Of a stretch of DNA of 64,000 nt, positions 18,442 through 28,024 are shown piece by piece. The stretch's first letter is position 1, and each line of letters starts with the position of its first letter. The notes under the pieces are model-generated. The model saw only the letters and a list, made by a program, of their open reading frames with translations. It was not told where the DNA came from and did not search any database. Both the position numbers and the translations under genes were made by a program. Source of the stretch: a virus (lineage: Duplodnaviria > Caudoviricetes); IMG/VR virus record IMGVR_UViG_3300022660_000043; one strand, 5' to 3'.

Positions 18442-19464
18442 TTAGTGAGTATCGCGTGGCAATTTAGCCACAAGGTTCTTTATATTATACGATACCTCAA
18501 TTGAAGAATTTGCAGCTTGCTGAATGCTTCTATCGAATTCTTCTTTTGAGCATTCGTTCATATCTTTTCTTCCGCGAGGTAAGGTTACCTCAGAAATAAT
18601 AATATGTTTGTCTAGTTTAGATCTCAAAACTCTAGTAAATATCCGACCAGCTTCATCATTATCAAAAGCTGTATACAGAGTTGTGATACCAGATTTATTT
18701 AACTGTTCAATTTGATAGTCAGAAATTCTACCAAAAGTAGCACAAGTCGGATAACCATATTCCCAACCAGTTAAAGCATCAAAAGGGCCCTCAGTAATAA
18801 CTGCAGTTTTATAACCCTGTTTAACAATGTAATCAAGGCAATAAACGGGCTTTTCAGTTTCTTTATCAAGATAAAAGCTTTTTGTATCTATCGATCTTTT
18901 TGGGATCATTACTAAATTTCCTTGAAGATCATAAGTTGGGAACATAACTTGTCTATAAATAGGATCATATTTAACCTTAAAGAGCTCACAAATATTTCTA
19001 GATAGTTTACGTTGGCCTAAATAAGGGTGCCAAGGCAGATAATTATTTAAAATACTTTCATTAAGCTTTTTGACTACTCTCTTTGGCTTTTCAATCTGAA
19101 TATCATCACCCATGTGAAAAGCTGCTGCCACCATATAGCCTTCAAAATGTTTCAAAAGCCAATTCTTAGCAAACTCTTCAGAGGAGTCAAAGCAGTGAGC
19201 TACAAATTTTAAAAACGAGCCGCTTGAGCCACAGACGAAGCAATTAAAATAGCCGTATGGAATTTTAGAGTTGGGCCCTACATAAATGTTACAAGCAGGA
19301 TGAGACTCTCGTCCTCCGCCATGATCAGGACAGGTAACGACAATATTTTCAGTACCGTCCTTAATGTCTCTTAATTTACCGTTAGTTAAAGCAATTCTAA
19401 GATGTTGCAACACATCCATTACTGATGCCTTAATAACATAATTGTCAATTAAAAGTTCTCTCAA
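18442..19464 (-). CDS. dnaG: DNA primase (Zn finger + TOPRIM)
   Basis: CPDH..CFVC, ITEGPFDA, FDNDEAG, KDMNE. Confidence 0.9.
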   Translation of the reverse strand: MRELLIDNYVIKASVMDVLQHLRIALTNGKLRDIKDGTENIVVTCPDHGGGRESHPACNIYVGPNSKIPYGYFNCFVCGSSGSFLKFVAHCFDSSEEFAKNWLLKHFEGYMVAAAFHMGDDIQIEKPKRVVKKLNESILNNYLPWHPYLGQRKLSRNICELFKVKYDPIYRQVMFPTYDLQGNLVMIPKRSIDTKSFYLDKETEKPVYCLDYIVKQGYKTAVITEGPFDALTGWEYGYPTCATFGRISDYQIEQLNKSGITTLYTAFDNDEAGRIFTRVLRSKLDKHIIISEVTLPRGRKDMNECSKEEFDRSIQQAANSSIEVSYNIKNLVAKLPRDTH

Positions 19465-20771
19465 TTAGCTCCACCTTCCTCATATTCGCCCTCATAGTAA
19501 TTCTTAAGGTCTTCAGACTCTTCAGCACTAAGATTAGGATCGAGGAAAATAAAGTTACCAAAATTAAAATCAGCCTTGTAAATCAGCTTGCCAGCACCAC
19601 CGTCTCTGGACTTAACGATATTAATAATAAGTCTATCATCTGCAATCTGTCGTTTCTCTGGATCCTTAAAGGTAAGATCACGACTAAGCATTAAGATAGT
19701 TGTTGCGTCTTGACCAATACGGTCTGAAAGTCCAATCTGTGTAGTATCCTGTTCTCCATCCTCATTTTTAGATCTATTCATCTGAGAAACGGAAATGATC
19801 GGGATACGAGACATGACCTGAAGATTTTTAACATCCTTAGAAATATTAGCTACTCTTTCATGAGCTACTTTTGCATGATGCTGATCTTCAAGCAAAGAAT
19901 ACTGGTCGATCAGGAGGATATTAAGCTTTTCTTTCTCTACAAAAGTTCTAAGGGCTCCGACAGTTGCTGGACCATTAATATCATTAGGAGTAAGAATCTT
20001 GATAGTTCCAGGACAGGTAGTCTTAATAGAATCAAGATACATCTTATATCTTACAGGCACTGAACGATCGAAGTTATTACCTCTGGTAATTGCAGAGTTA
20101 TCAATATGACCAAGAAGAGTATCCACACGGTAACCAACTTTATCTGGTGACATCTCACCAGAGTAAATACCGACGATCAAACCTTGCTTAGCAGCTTCAA
20201 CTGCAATTTTAAGCAAAGTCCAAGTCTTACCTTGGCCTGTACGTGCGGCAATAACCATATTCTCTTCTTTCATATCAATACCGCCGATAATCTTATCAAG
20301 CTCTGGAAAACCAGTACTGATGTAGTGATTCTTATGATTTTCAAGTCGATCCATATAACGATCATATCTTGATGTATCAGAAAAAATATCAGTACAAGTC
20401 ATAGCTGAACCTGTATGAAGGTCCTGTGCTGCTTGCGTCAGAAAAGCAGCTGCGCCATCGACATCATCTCTCTCAATAAGCTGCTTAATTGTATTAAACT
20501 TAGAAGCAAGATAAGACTTATTATAATCAGCAAAAAGCTGTTCAATAAGATAGCTGTCAGGCTCAGTTACATCTACGATATCGAATTCAGTGAAAGTATC
20601 TACAAAAGTTAGTCTATCAGGAACTGTCTTATAGTGACTATAGTGCTCACAAATATACTTAAACTCGGATCTATAATTAAAGAAATGATCTTCAGTTAAG
20701 TTATTAAAAGAAATTAAAGAATAATCCTTAGTCTGAAGAATTTTATTAATAATCTGAAACTGTGAAGTCAT
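19461..20771 (-). CDS. dnaB: Replicative DnaB-family helicase
   Basis: ISTGFPELD, ARTGQGKT, SGEM, LIDQY, SQMNR, IGQDAT, KSRDG. Confidence 0.92.
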   Translation of the reverse strand: MTSQFQIINKILQTKDYSLISFNNLTEDHFFNYRSEFKYICEHYSHYKTVPDRLTFVDTFTEFDIVDVTEPDSYLIEQLFADYNKSYLASKFNTIKQLIERDDVDGAAAFLTQAAQDLHTGSAMTCTDIFSDTSRYDRYMDRLENHKNHYISTGFPELDKIIGGIDMKEENMVIAARTGQGKTWTLLKIAVEAAKQGLIVGIYSGEMSPDKVGYRVDTLLGHIDNSAITRGNNFDRSVPVRYKMYLDSIKTTCPGTIKILTPNDINGPATVGALRTFVEKEKLNILLIDQYSLLEDQHHAKVAHERVANISKDVKNLQVMSRIPIISVSQMNRSKNEDGEQDTTQIGLSDRIGQDATTILMLSRDLTFKDPEKRQIADDRLIINIVKSRDGGAGKLIYKADFNFGNFIFLDPNLSAEESEDLKNYYEGEYEEGGAN

Positions 20772-20782
20772 TAGGCACCTCC

Positions 20783-21457
20783 TTAATTAAACAATCCGAG
20801 AGCTCTTTTATCTGAGCCTCTAAGCTCGATATCAATAGACTTGTTACAAATACGGCTTGCAAGTCTTTCTCCTAAAGCATTACTAAGTTCTCTAGGTCCA
20901 AGATTTGAAGTAAAAATATTACTCTTGCCCGCATCAATCCGATAATTGATAAGACTGAGCAAGTGGTTAAGTTCAAACTCAGAACCAGATTTTGCAGCAA
21001 TATCATCCCAAACGACAATATCCGCCTCTCTTACATGCTGATTTATAAAGTCTGCATAGTCGCTATGGCCAGAAATATTTTCCTTCAAAGCGAGCAGATA
21101 TCGAGGAACATTAATAAACAACGCTTGACAACCAAGATTTGACTTATGCCATATCTTATAAATATAAGTAGTAATAAGTCTAATAGCCCAACTAGTCTTT
21201 CCATTACCACACCCATAAGAATGAAGGTACAAATTATAGCCGTCAGTCACAAAGCCCTCAATTTGTCTCTCAATTTCGGCAAGTCTACGGAATTCGTTTG
21301 AGTCCGTACCGTCTGCATCTGTTTTGAGAGCTACATGCTGTCTCTGTTTGCCTGTCAAAAGCGAGTTATTAAATAGAGTATCTAGACGGTACTGCTTGGG
21401 ACAAAAGTCTTTATCACAGTCACGTCCATTACAATTATTTCGATAAATACATTCCAT
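20783..21457 (-). CDS. DnaC/IstB-like helicase loader ATPase
   Basis: GCGNGKT, VWDDI, FTSNL, GERLASRI, GSDKR. Confidence 0.82.
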   Translation of the reverse strand: MECIYRNNCNGRDCDKDFCPKQYRLDTLFNNSLLTGKQRQHVALKTDADGTDSNEFRRLAEIERQIEGFVTDGYNLYLHSYGCGNGKTSWAIRLITTYIYKIWHKSNLGCQALFINVPRYLLALKENISGHSDYADFINQHVREADIVVWDDIAAKSGSEFELNHLLSLINYRIDAGKSNIFTSNLGPRELSNALGERLASRICNKSIDIELRGSDKRALGLFN

Positions 21458-21478
21458 AGTTACACCTCCGAGCTTTTC

Positions 21479-22033
21479 TTACTTTGTGCCGGTACTTCCT
21501 TGCCAGCCTTCACCTCTACTGGTCTTCTCCGTGAAAAACTCTTCCTCGGTTGCCTCTACCATTTCGATCTTGTCAGTAGAAATCATATGAGGAATAAACT
21601 GCATGATCTTCTGATCACACTCGATCTCCTGATACTTGTTAGAAGTATTGATCAAATGAAGATGCCACTCACCTTGATAGCTTGCATCAATAACAGAAGC
21701 TCCAAAAACTAGCTTCTTCTTAGTTGCAATACCAGACTTGTTGTTAGCAATCAAAGCAAGCTCGGGGCCAAACTTGCTCTTAATGCCAGAAGGAATAATA
21801 ATATCCTTATGCGGCGCAATATAAATCTTGCCTCCACAGGTAATAAAAGTCTTTCTACGAAGCTTTGCCAAAAATTTAGCAAAAGCTCTATAAGGGGTAG
21901 CAATACCGGGATTCTTAGTAATCAAATCGAATCTAAACTTGAGACTATAAGCAGGAATATAGAAATCAATACCTGCATTCTCATTAGGATTACGGATAGG
22001 ATCCTTTACATCTCTTATCTTAATAAACTGCAT
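21479..22033 (-). CDS. dut: Trimeric dUTPase
   Basis: AGIDF, KSG, VIDASYQGE, MQ, RGEGWQGSTG. Confidence 0.9.
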   Translation of the reverse strand: MQFIKIRDVKDPIRNPNENAGIDFYIPAYSLKFRFDLITKNPGIATPYRAFAKFLAKLRRKTFITCGGKIYIAPHKDIIIPSGIKSKFGPELALIANNKSGIATKKKLVFGASVIDASYQGEWHLHLINTSNKYQEIECDQKIMQFIPHMISTDKIEMVEATEEEFFTEKTSRGEGWQGSTGTK

Positions 22034-22103
22034 ATCAATCTTCCTTTCAAAATATATTCATTTTATTATACAATACCTATTTTGGAAAATTGAATACAAA
22101 TAG

Positions 22104-22132
22104 AAAAAGTCGCCTGAAAAATATCAGACGAC
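22104..22132 (-). terminator. Intrinsic terminator
   Basis: Minus strand gtcgtctga..tcaggcgac-ttttt. Confidence 0.6.
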
Positions 22133-22154
22133 AGTTAATCTACATATTAAATTT

Positions 22155-22230
22155 ATAAGGTATCTTATAAGGTATCTTAAAATTATGTATCGTAAATTAA
22201 CTATCTTTTCTGGTATCTTTTTCGTATCGT
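22155..22230. repeat. Six short GATA(C) direct repeats (minus strand), including a tandem 12-mer TAAGATACCTTA
   Basis: Seen directly; spacing 11-15 nt; non-coding. Confidence 0.7.
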
Positions 22231-22358
22231 CGGCTTGCTGCCTACATTAAATTTAGCAGATAATATAGGCAACAATTTTTAAAATTTATTATAGTATACA
22301 ATATAACTTATTGAATAATCAGTGCATTCCTAATTTTTTCATGACACTATAATACAAT

Positions 22359-22390
22359 AAAAGACGAGCTATTTTACTAACTCGTCTTTA
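22359..22390 (-). terminator. Intrinsic terminator
   Basis: aaagacgag/ctcgtcttt inverted repeat. Confidence 0.55.
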
Positions 22391-22445
22391 GGTTTATTTA
22401 ATTGTAGAGTTTCCACTTGCTATTGTCCCAGAAAGTTACATAGTA

Positions 22446-23170
22446 TTAAAAGTCTTGATTAAAAATGTTTTCGTCGTCGAGAGCTTCACCAAAGAAAGTT
22501 TTTCTAAGTTTGTTTAGTTTATCAGAAGCTTTTCTATAGTCTTTACCTTTTTTATTTTTAGCTGTTACGGTAAGATCGTCCACAGGTAAGCCTACTTCCT
22601 TAAAAGCTTTGATAATCTTAAGATTATTCTGCCTTGCTCTGTTTAACTTAGCATTTTAGGTTCAGCACTTTGTGTGTCAGTCTGTTGAGTAGCTTCTGGC
22701 TTTATATTAGCTTCTTCTGAGCTAAATCTTAAGGTAGATATGTCTATATCGCTATATTTTTCATAGCCTTTTAATGCATCTCTTAATTCTTCTACCGTCC
22801 AGGCAGAGGGCTGATCTATTAAGTATCTATCTAAAGCACTGTCTCCCTGCTCAACGCGAAAAACAATATCTTCTATTTTATTTAAAATGCTCATAGCTTC
22901 ATCAAATGGCGCGTTGATGATCAGATCCTGTGGATTTATTGATGCTATTTGCTTAGACACATTAAAACAAACTTTAAACCCCTCAATTAAACTTTTTAGT
23001 ATCTCTTGAATTTTTACATAATTTGGGTTATCTAACACATCTGCGGCTTTGTCTAATTTAGGCTTTAATACCTTAATTCTTGGTACTAAATTCTTTTCAA
23101 AATTACCGTGTACATCTTCATTTAAGGCGCCGAGTTCTTCATATAAATTCATAAATCCTGTTTTAATCAT
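22446..23170 (-). CDS. Hypothetical protein, possibly a head-internal protein; 175-aa ORF plus a 69-codon -1 frame continuation
   Basis: ORF 22643..23170; open -1 frame 22655..22446 without its own start; N-terminal LYEEL..LNE. Confidence 0.55.
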
Positions 23171-23204
23171 AATAATCCTCAGTATTATTAATCATTAGAT
23201 TATT

Positions 23205-23888
23205 TTACGTATTAGTCATATAAAGTCTTTTAATTAAAGGCTTTAAAGCAAAATAGGTATCAGATGTTTCAAACAGCTGAAAACCTGTCTTTACTCCACC
23301 ATCACCATTTTTGTAGGCAATATACTCTCTTGAATAAAAATTATAAAGAGCTACTTCAAAAGTACCACAATCAGCTACTAGCATATGTCTCTTACCGTCT
23401 CGAACAAAAGTCTTACACTCGCCTGTCTCAGGATCTATAACATCATACACTTGACCTTTTATAGTGTCATATGTAGCATCTTCCTCAGCCTCAAATTCTG
23501 CCTGCCATGCAAGATCCTCTTCGTCCCAGTCCTTGCCTTCAAAGTTATCGTTATCAAAATCGGCTAACTTAGGAAACCCACAGGTAGACCATTCAAAATC
23601 TTCTGTGCCATCGATTAAATAGTTATCTGCTGCAATGTCTACAATATTATCATGATTAAGGTCTGAGGCTCTTGCTGCAAGATATATACCATCAGCAATA
23701 CTTAAGCGCAAACCTTTAATGCCAGCGCTTGCTGCATTTTGTAAAAAAGCTCTAAATTCTGAAACCGAAGTAGAGTGCCAAAGCTTTTTAGGTCCCCAGC
23801 CACTGTCAAAAGTTTCCCATTTTTCAGTGAGAGCTTTATCAGGTTTCCATAAATTTTCCCACAATTTAAATTCTTCATATAATTTCAT
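23205..23888 (-). CDS. Acidic hypothetical protein, possibly head-internal
   Basis: N-terminal MKLYEEFKLWENLW..LTE resembles the neighbouring gene's N-terminus. Confidence 0.55.
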   Translation of the reverse strand: MKLYEEFKLWENLWKPDKALTEKWETFDSGWGPKKLWHSTSVSEFRAFLQNAASAGIKGLRLSIADGIYLAARASDLNHDNIVDIAADNYLIDGTEDFEWSTCGFPKLADFDNDNFEGKDWDEEDLAWQAEFEAEEDATYDTIKGQVYDVIDPETGECKTFVRDGKRHMLVADCGTFEVALYNFYSREYIAYKNGDGGVKTGFQLFETSDTYFALKPLIKRLYMTNT

Positions 23889-23919
23889 AAAAAGTCATCC
23901 TTTATTAAATAATGATTTT

Positions 23920-24636
23920 TTATTCATAGTCTTTATACTGACCTTGGACGTCATATTGAGTATGGTAAATCATTGGTCTGAAAAGCTTAATAATGCAAAA
24001 CTTTTCTGGTCTGACCTTGCAATGATTAATTGCTTTCCAGCCAAAGAAAGGAACCATATACCCAACGATATCACAGTGATCGTAGAAGTTATAAGCTTCA
24101 GCGCAGCAGCTCTTGACGAAGTTGTATGTATCTTTTCCGTAGAAAGGCTTGACACTTCCGTAGGTATAAAGATATGGCTTAATACCAAACTTAAAATAAA
24201 TATCCTCTGCAGCAAGCTGGGCCATACCAGATCCGAGAGACCAGCCAAAAACTTCAACAAAACAATCAGGATGTTCATCTAGTAAAGCTTTAATCTTTTG
24301 TCTCACAGTTGATTGACAAACAAGCCACATATTACCCCAGCCTCTATGTACTTTAAGCTGAATTAACTTTCCCTCAAAAGTGAACTTATCATAGATTTTG
24401 GATGGGAAGTTAAAATTAACTCGCCAATCAGACTTACTAGATGTTTGCTCAAAAATAACTTGAATACAACTTCTAGGCTCATCAAAACGTACTTGAAATT
24501 CTACACTGTACTTCTTACCCTTAAACTCATAAGGAATGCTCTCATATCTAGCTATTTCCAAATTAGTATCAAGCTTATTCAAGTTCTCGGAACAAATAGT
24601 AAAATAGTCTTCGAAATTTAGTCTTTTATACTCCAT
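23920..24636 (-). CDS. Lipase class 3 family alpha/beta hydrolase
   Basis: DW..N, VHRGW, nucleophile elbow GWSLGSG, YTYGS, DIV. Confidence 0.8.
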   Translation of the reverse strand: MEYKRLNFEDYFTICSENLNKLDTNLEIARYESIPYEFKGKKYSVEFQVRFDEPRSCIQVIFEQTSSKSDWRVNFNFPSKIYDKFTFEGKLIQLKVHRGWGNMWLVCQSTVRQKIKALLDEHPDCFVEVFGWSLGSGMAQLAAEDIYFKFGIKPYLYTYGSVKPFYGKDTYNFVKSCCAEAYNFYDHCDIVGYMVPFFGWKAINHCKVRPEKFCIIKLFRPMIYHTQYDVQGQYKDYE

Positions 24637-24709
24637 AACCTACCTCCATTGCAGAGATAAAAATAAACGCCTCTGCTTAATAATTTAGCAAATTAAACAG
24701 AGGCTATTT

Positions 24710-24895
24710 TTAATAACGCCAGGAGGTTCTTTTATTGGCTATATTTTTCTTTTGCTGCTGTAACCATTGATTGTACTCATATTGAGCTTGCCTACAGTAA
24801 TACGAACTTACTTGACCATTAGACTTAGCTGCTGTGCATTCGTGACCTAAAAAATATTGACAAAAATCACATTTACTCTTTGGTCTCTGATTCAT
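24710..24895 (-). CDS. Small Cys-containing hypothetical protein (likely start MNQRP)
   Basis: CDFC..C..C pattern; SD upstream of ATG at 24895. Confidence 0.5.
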   Translation of the reverse strand: MNQRPKSKCDFCQYFLGHECTAAKSNGQVSSYYCRQAQYEYNQWLQQQKKNIANKRTSWRY

Positions 24896-25214
24896 TCTTT
24901 GCCTCAACAGTAGAATCATAATCTGCCTGAAGAAATACGTATCTTTTCGTATAACCCCCAAGCTCTTCCATCTGCTTCTCATACACCTGATTAAAAGCCT
25001 CTACTGCTTCAGCCCCAATAGCTTCAACAACTGCTTTTACCTCAGCTAGAGCTTCGATCGAATTAGTCCTTAGAAACAGATTTACTGTTTCAACTAGCTT
25101 ATCTCTGATCAAGCCATTAAAAAGATAAGTACTTTTAACTTCTGCATAATTACAAGCATCTCCCTGCTTTTCGATATTAGCAGGAATGTTGTCTCTAATA
25201 AGTGTTCCGTTCAT
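24873..25214 (-). CDS. MazG-like / phosphoribosyl-ATP pyrophosphohydrolase-like protein
   Basis: LIRDNIP, KLVE, EALAEV, GGYTKRYVF. Confidence 0.6.
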   Translation of the reverse strand: MNGTLIRDNIPANIEKQGDACNYAEVKSTYLFNGLIRDKLVETVNLFLRTNSIEALAEVKAVVEAIGAEAVEAFNQVYEKQMEELGGYTKRYVFLQADYDSTVEAKNESETKE

Positions 25215-25404
25215 TATTTATTCTCCTTAAGGTTTTTTATTTTATTACTTTTTAATATACGATTTATTTATTTTTTGTTCTGGCTAAAAGCTATTGATTT
25301 TTGTTCTAGGAATACTAGAGAGTCTATCCATAGGCTCTTACCAAGATTTCAAGAAGAAAGTCTCTAATTAATTTATACAAGTTCTATATCCCCTAGTTAA
25401 TTTA

Positions 25405-26340
25405 TTATTTATTATTTCCAAATAACTCATAGTCAACAACTCCAGTTTCTAAGTCTATTTTATTAATATGTAAAAAACATTTACCTGCTGCTAACAAATT
25501 TTTTTTAAACGCGGCCAGTAAGTCTTTAAACGTTTGAGTTGTTTCAACACCAACTTCTCCACTAACTCGATGATAAGCAATATCAGCGGTTCGATATTCA
25601 GAAGAAATTAACAATACAGCATCATGTGGATTTTGTGCTGCAATTGTTGAATTTGATTCTAATAATTTAACATCTACTCGTATTTTACAATTATCAATAA
25701 TCAAATCATAATCCGCAAGACGCCCCGGATCTCCACGATAAAGATAACCATCAAACTTATCTAACTTTTTGAAAATAATTCCACACTCTTTAGCAGCCTT
25801 CTCAAAAATATCCTGTTGAATGCTACTATTTAACTTCTTTTGAACTTTTTGCTCTGTAGAGCCCGTCCAAGTTTTTGAGCCAATTGTTGAAAGCAACTTC
25901 GCGGTTTCTGGTGAAATACTGTTCGTTTTAAGTATTGAATCGTAGACATTTTGGCAAAGAGGACTTCTCGAATCAATATATTTTTCAGCATTCTTTGTAT
26001 TTTTGCCATACTCATCGAGCCATACATCAAAGGTATGTTTATTACCAGTTGCATCTAAAAATGTAAGCCATACTAGATAGCTTTTACCAAATTGGCCATA
26101 ATAAGTCTGACAAATTTCAGCTTTTTTATCTACTCTAACTCTGTCACCACAAGCTAAAAACAGTTTTAATTTTTCATCCCAATCTGCCTCAGGTAAGACA
26201 GATCTATTTTCTATATTATTTGGGCACTTCCATTTTTGTGCAAGGAAATTATATCTCCAAGGTTCAATACTTAGTTCTACCCAATGGTTTTGTAACGGCT
26301 CAATATAGTCTGTTACTAAAGAATCTGTAAAATGTTGCAT
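25405..26340 (-). CDS. Putative PD-(D/E)XK endonuclease
   Basis: ADYDL..VDVK motif in the C-terminal half. Confidence 0.4.
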   Translation of the reverse strand: MQHFTDSLVTDYIEPLQNHWVELSIEPWRYNFLAQKWKCPNNIENRSVLPEADWDEKLKLFLACGDRVRVDKKAEICQTYYGQFGKSYLVWLTFLDATGNKHTFDVWLDEYGKNTKNAEKYIDSRSPLCQNVYDSILKTNSISPETAKLLSTIGSKTWTGSTEQKVQKKLNSSIQQDIFEKAAKECGIIFKKLDKFDGYLYRGDPGRLADYDLIIDNCKIRVDVKLLESNSTIAAQNPHDAVLLISSEYRTADIAYHRVSGEVGVETTQTFKDLLAAFKKNLLAAGKCFLHINKIDLETGVVDYELFGNNK

Positions 26341-26855
26341 TATCCTTTAAGCTCCTCCAAATGAATCTTTTTGTTATAAACATGAAGTTTAGTCTTATAG
26401 CCTTCGTCCTCTACTTCAGGCAAAATTTTCCAAAGCTCTAGTTCAGAATATTCATCAAGATTAGGAAAGAAAACTTCTGCTTCGCCATCTGCGTCCACTT
26501 TGTTTACATATACCTTATCATAATAGGGAAGCATAGACTTATAAAGCATTCCACCCCCAATTATAAACACATTTTGAGTTTTAGATAACTCTGTAATTAG
26601 CTTGATTAAATCTTCAAAACTATGCACACAAAAGCAATCATCTCTATCATAGCCTTCTGGACAAATAACTATAGTAGATCTGCCTTTAAGTGGCTTACTG
26701 CTTGGAAAACTAAGTAATGTGTTCAAGCCGCAGACGACAATGCTATCAGCAGTAGTTTGTTTAAAGAATTGCATATCTTTTTTAAGATTAAAAAGTAAAC
26801 TATTAGCTTTTCCGAGTCCCCAATTTTTATCTACACAGCAAATACCAATAATCAT
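26340..26855 (-). CDS. folA: Dihydrofolate reductase
   Basis: DMQFFKQTT, KPLKGR, IIGGG, FFP. Confidence 0.92.
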   Translation of the reverse strand: MIIGICCVDKNWGLGKANSLLFNLKKDMQFFKQTTADSIVVCGLNTLLSFPSSKPLKGRSTIVICPEGYDRDDCFCVHSFEDLIKLITELSKTQNVFIIGGGMLYKSMLPYYDKVYVNKVDADGEAEVFFPNLDEYSELELWKILPEVEDEGYKTKLHVYNKKIHLEELKG

Positions 26856-26858
26856 GTT

Positions 26859-27011
26859 TTAGCTCTCCTTCATTACTTGTTTCATATATTCTTGAAGTGC
26901 AATCCTGATTGCGCCACTAACAGTCAAATCTAACTTCTGTGATAAAGATTTAAGCTGCTCATAAAGCTCAGGACTTAAATCTAAACTAAGTCTTATACGA
27001 TCTTTTTTCAT
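26859..27011 (-). CDS. Ribbon-helix-helix (CopG-like) protein, 50 aa (not in ORF track)
   Basis: MKKDRIRLSLDLSPELYEQLKSLSQKLDLTVSGAIRIALQEYMKQVMKES; SD inside the upstream endonuclease gene. Confidence 0.8.
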   Translation of the reverse strand: MKKDRIRLSLDLSPELYEQLKSLSQKLDLTVSGAIRIALQEYMKQVMKES

Positions 27012-27723
27012 TATTAATCCTTTCTAGCATCAAATTCAAATCTGACTCTCTACACCAATAATAACCCTTACCATTATGTAATCTTTCACAACAATATTTT
27101 ATGTATGCAGCAGTTGTACTTAAAGCTAAACCAGCCTCATGATAGCTTGAAAATATATTAATAATATTCCCAGCACTGTTTAACTGGTAAACAGTTTTAC
27201 CTGCAGTTTTGCCATTACAAAGTTTAAACTTGTACTGCTCATATTGACTAGCCAAACACCATCCAAAGCCTCGATACTGGCGTAATTTTCCATTGCAGCA
27301 GCGTCCAATATTACTCCTAGCACTATTAAAATCTTCAGGATAAAGCTGTCTAGCCGCTTCTCTAATGCTTGAATATGTTGCAAGTATTTGTTTATCTAAG
27401 CTAAGTTGATAAACAGCTTCACCTTGGGTTGTTTGACCTGAGCCACCAATTAATAAGTTATAACCATTCTCAATACTATCAAACTGATTTATATAAGCAA
27501 TTTCAAGCTCATCTGCTTCCTGTTTTGTAAGATTCTCTATTAAAACTTGATGCTCAAAATTCTCCCAGCCATACTTAAGAATAGCTCTGTAAAATTTTTG
27601 TTGAGACTTATAGCCACTCCCATCAGAGTGCCATCTATGGGTAGGGTTAGTATAACAAGTTTGCCCAATGTAACATTTACCATTAATTTTATTCGTATGT
27701 TTATAAATTAAATAAGATTTCAT
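26986..27723 (-). CDS. GIY-YIG homing endonuclease with NUMOD1/IENR1-like repeats
   Basis: YLIYKHTN..YIGQT, KYGWENF, GYN, YSSIREAAR. Confidence 0.88.
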   Translation of the reverse strand: MKSYLIYKHTNKINGKCYIGQTCYTNPTHRWHSDGSGYKSQQKFYRAILKYGWENFEHQVLIENLTKQEADELEIAYINQFDSIENGYNLLIGGSGQTTQGEAVYQLSLDKQILATYSSIREAARQLYPEDFNSARSNIGRCCNGKLRQYRGFGWCLASQYEQYKFKLCNGKTAGKTVYQLNSAGNIINIFSSYHEAGLALSTTAAYIKYCCERLHNGKGYYWCRESDLNLMLERINNEKRSYKT

Positions 27724-27775
27724 TCAATCACCTCATTTAATTTAGCAGATAAAATACGTAAAAATTAAGAAGTTT

Positions 27776-28021
27776 TTACGTATTTTCAAGAGTATCTCTG
27801 ACGTGCTTAATAGCCGCCTTACATTTATCACAAATAAATACTCCTTGAGCTCTATAATCATTAGAATTCATAGAAACATGTTCTTCACAAATAGCACATC
27901 TGACCATAATATCTGCAGCGACAGAATTAGCTATAATTTTATCCAAATGGTCAACACGTGAAACATGTGAAGGTGGATTAACCGTTGAAGAATTTACAGA
28001 AACATATACTTTATTGTCCAT
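27776..28021 (-). CDS. Small zinc-ribbon protein
   Basis: CAIC..ICDKCKAAI; paralogue-like to 28560..28829. Confidence 0.55.
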   Translation of the reverse strand: MDNKVYVSVNSSTVNPPSHVSRVDHLDKIIANSVAADIMVRCAICEEHVSMNSNDYRAQGVFICDKCKAAIKHVRDTLENT

Positions 28022-28024
28022 AAT

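Noticed and set aside
22155-22230. CRISPR array, or a CRISPR role for the Cas4-like gene
   Set aside because: Repeats are 5-12 nt with no spacers of CRISPR size; no cas1/cas2; the Cas4-like nuclease is a typical stand-alone phage gene.
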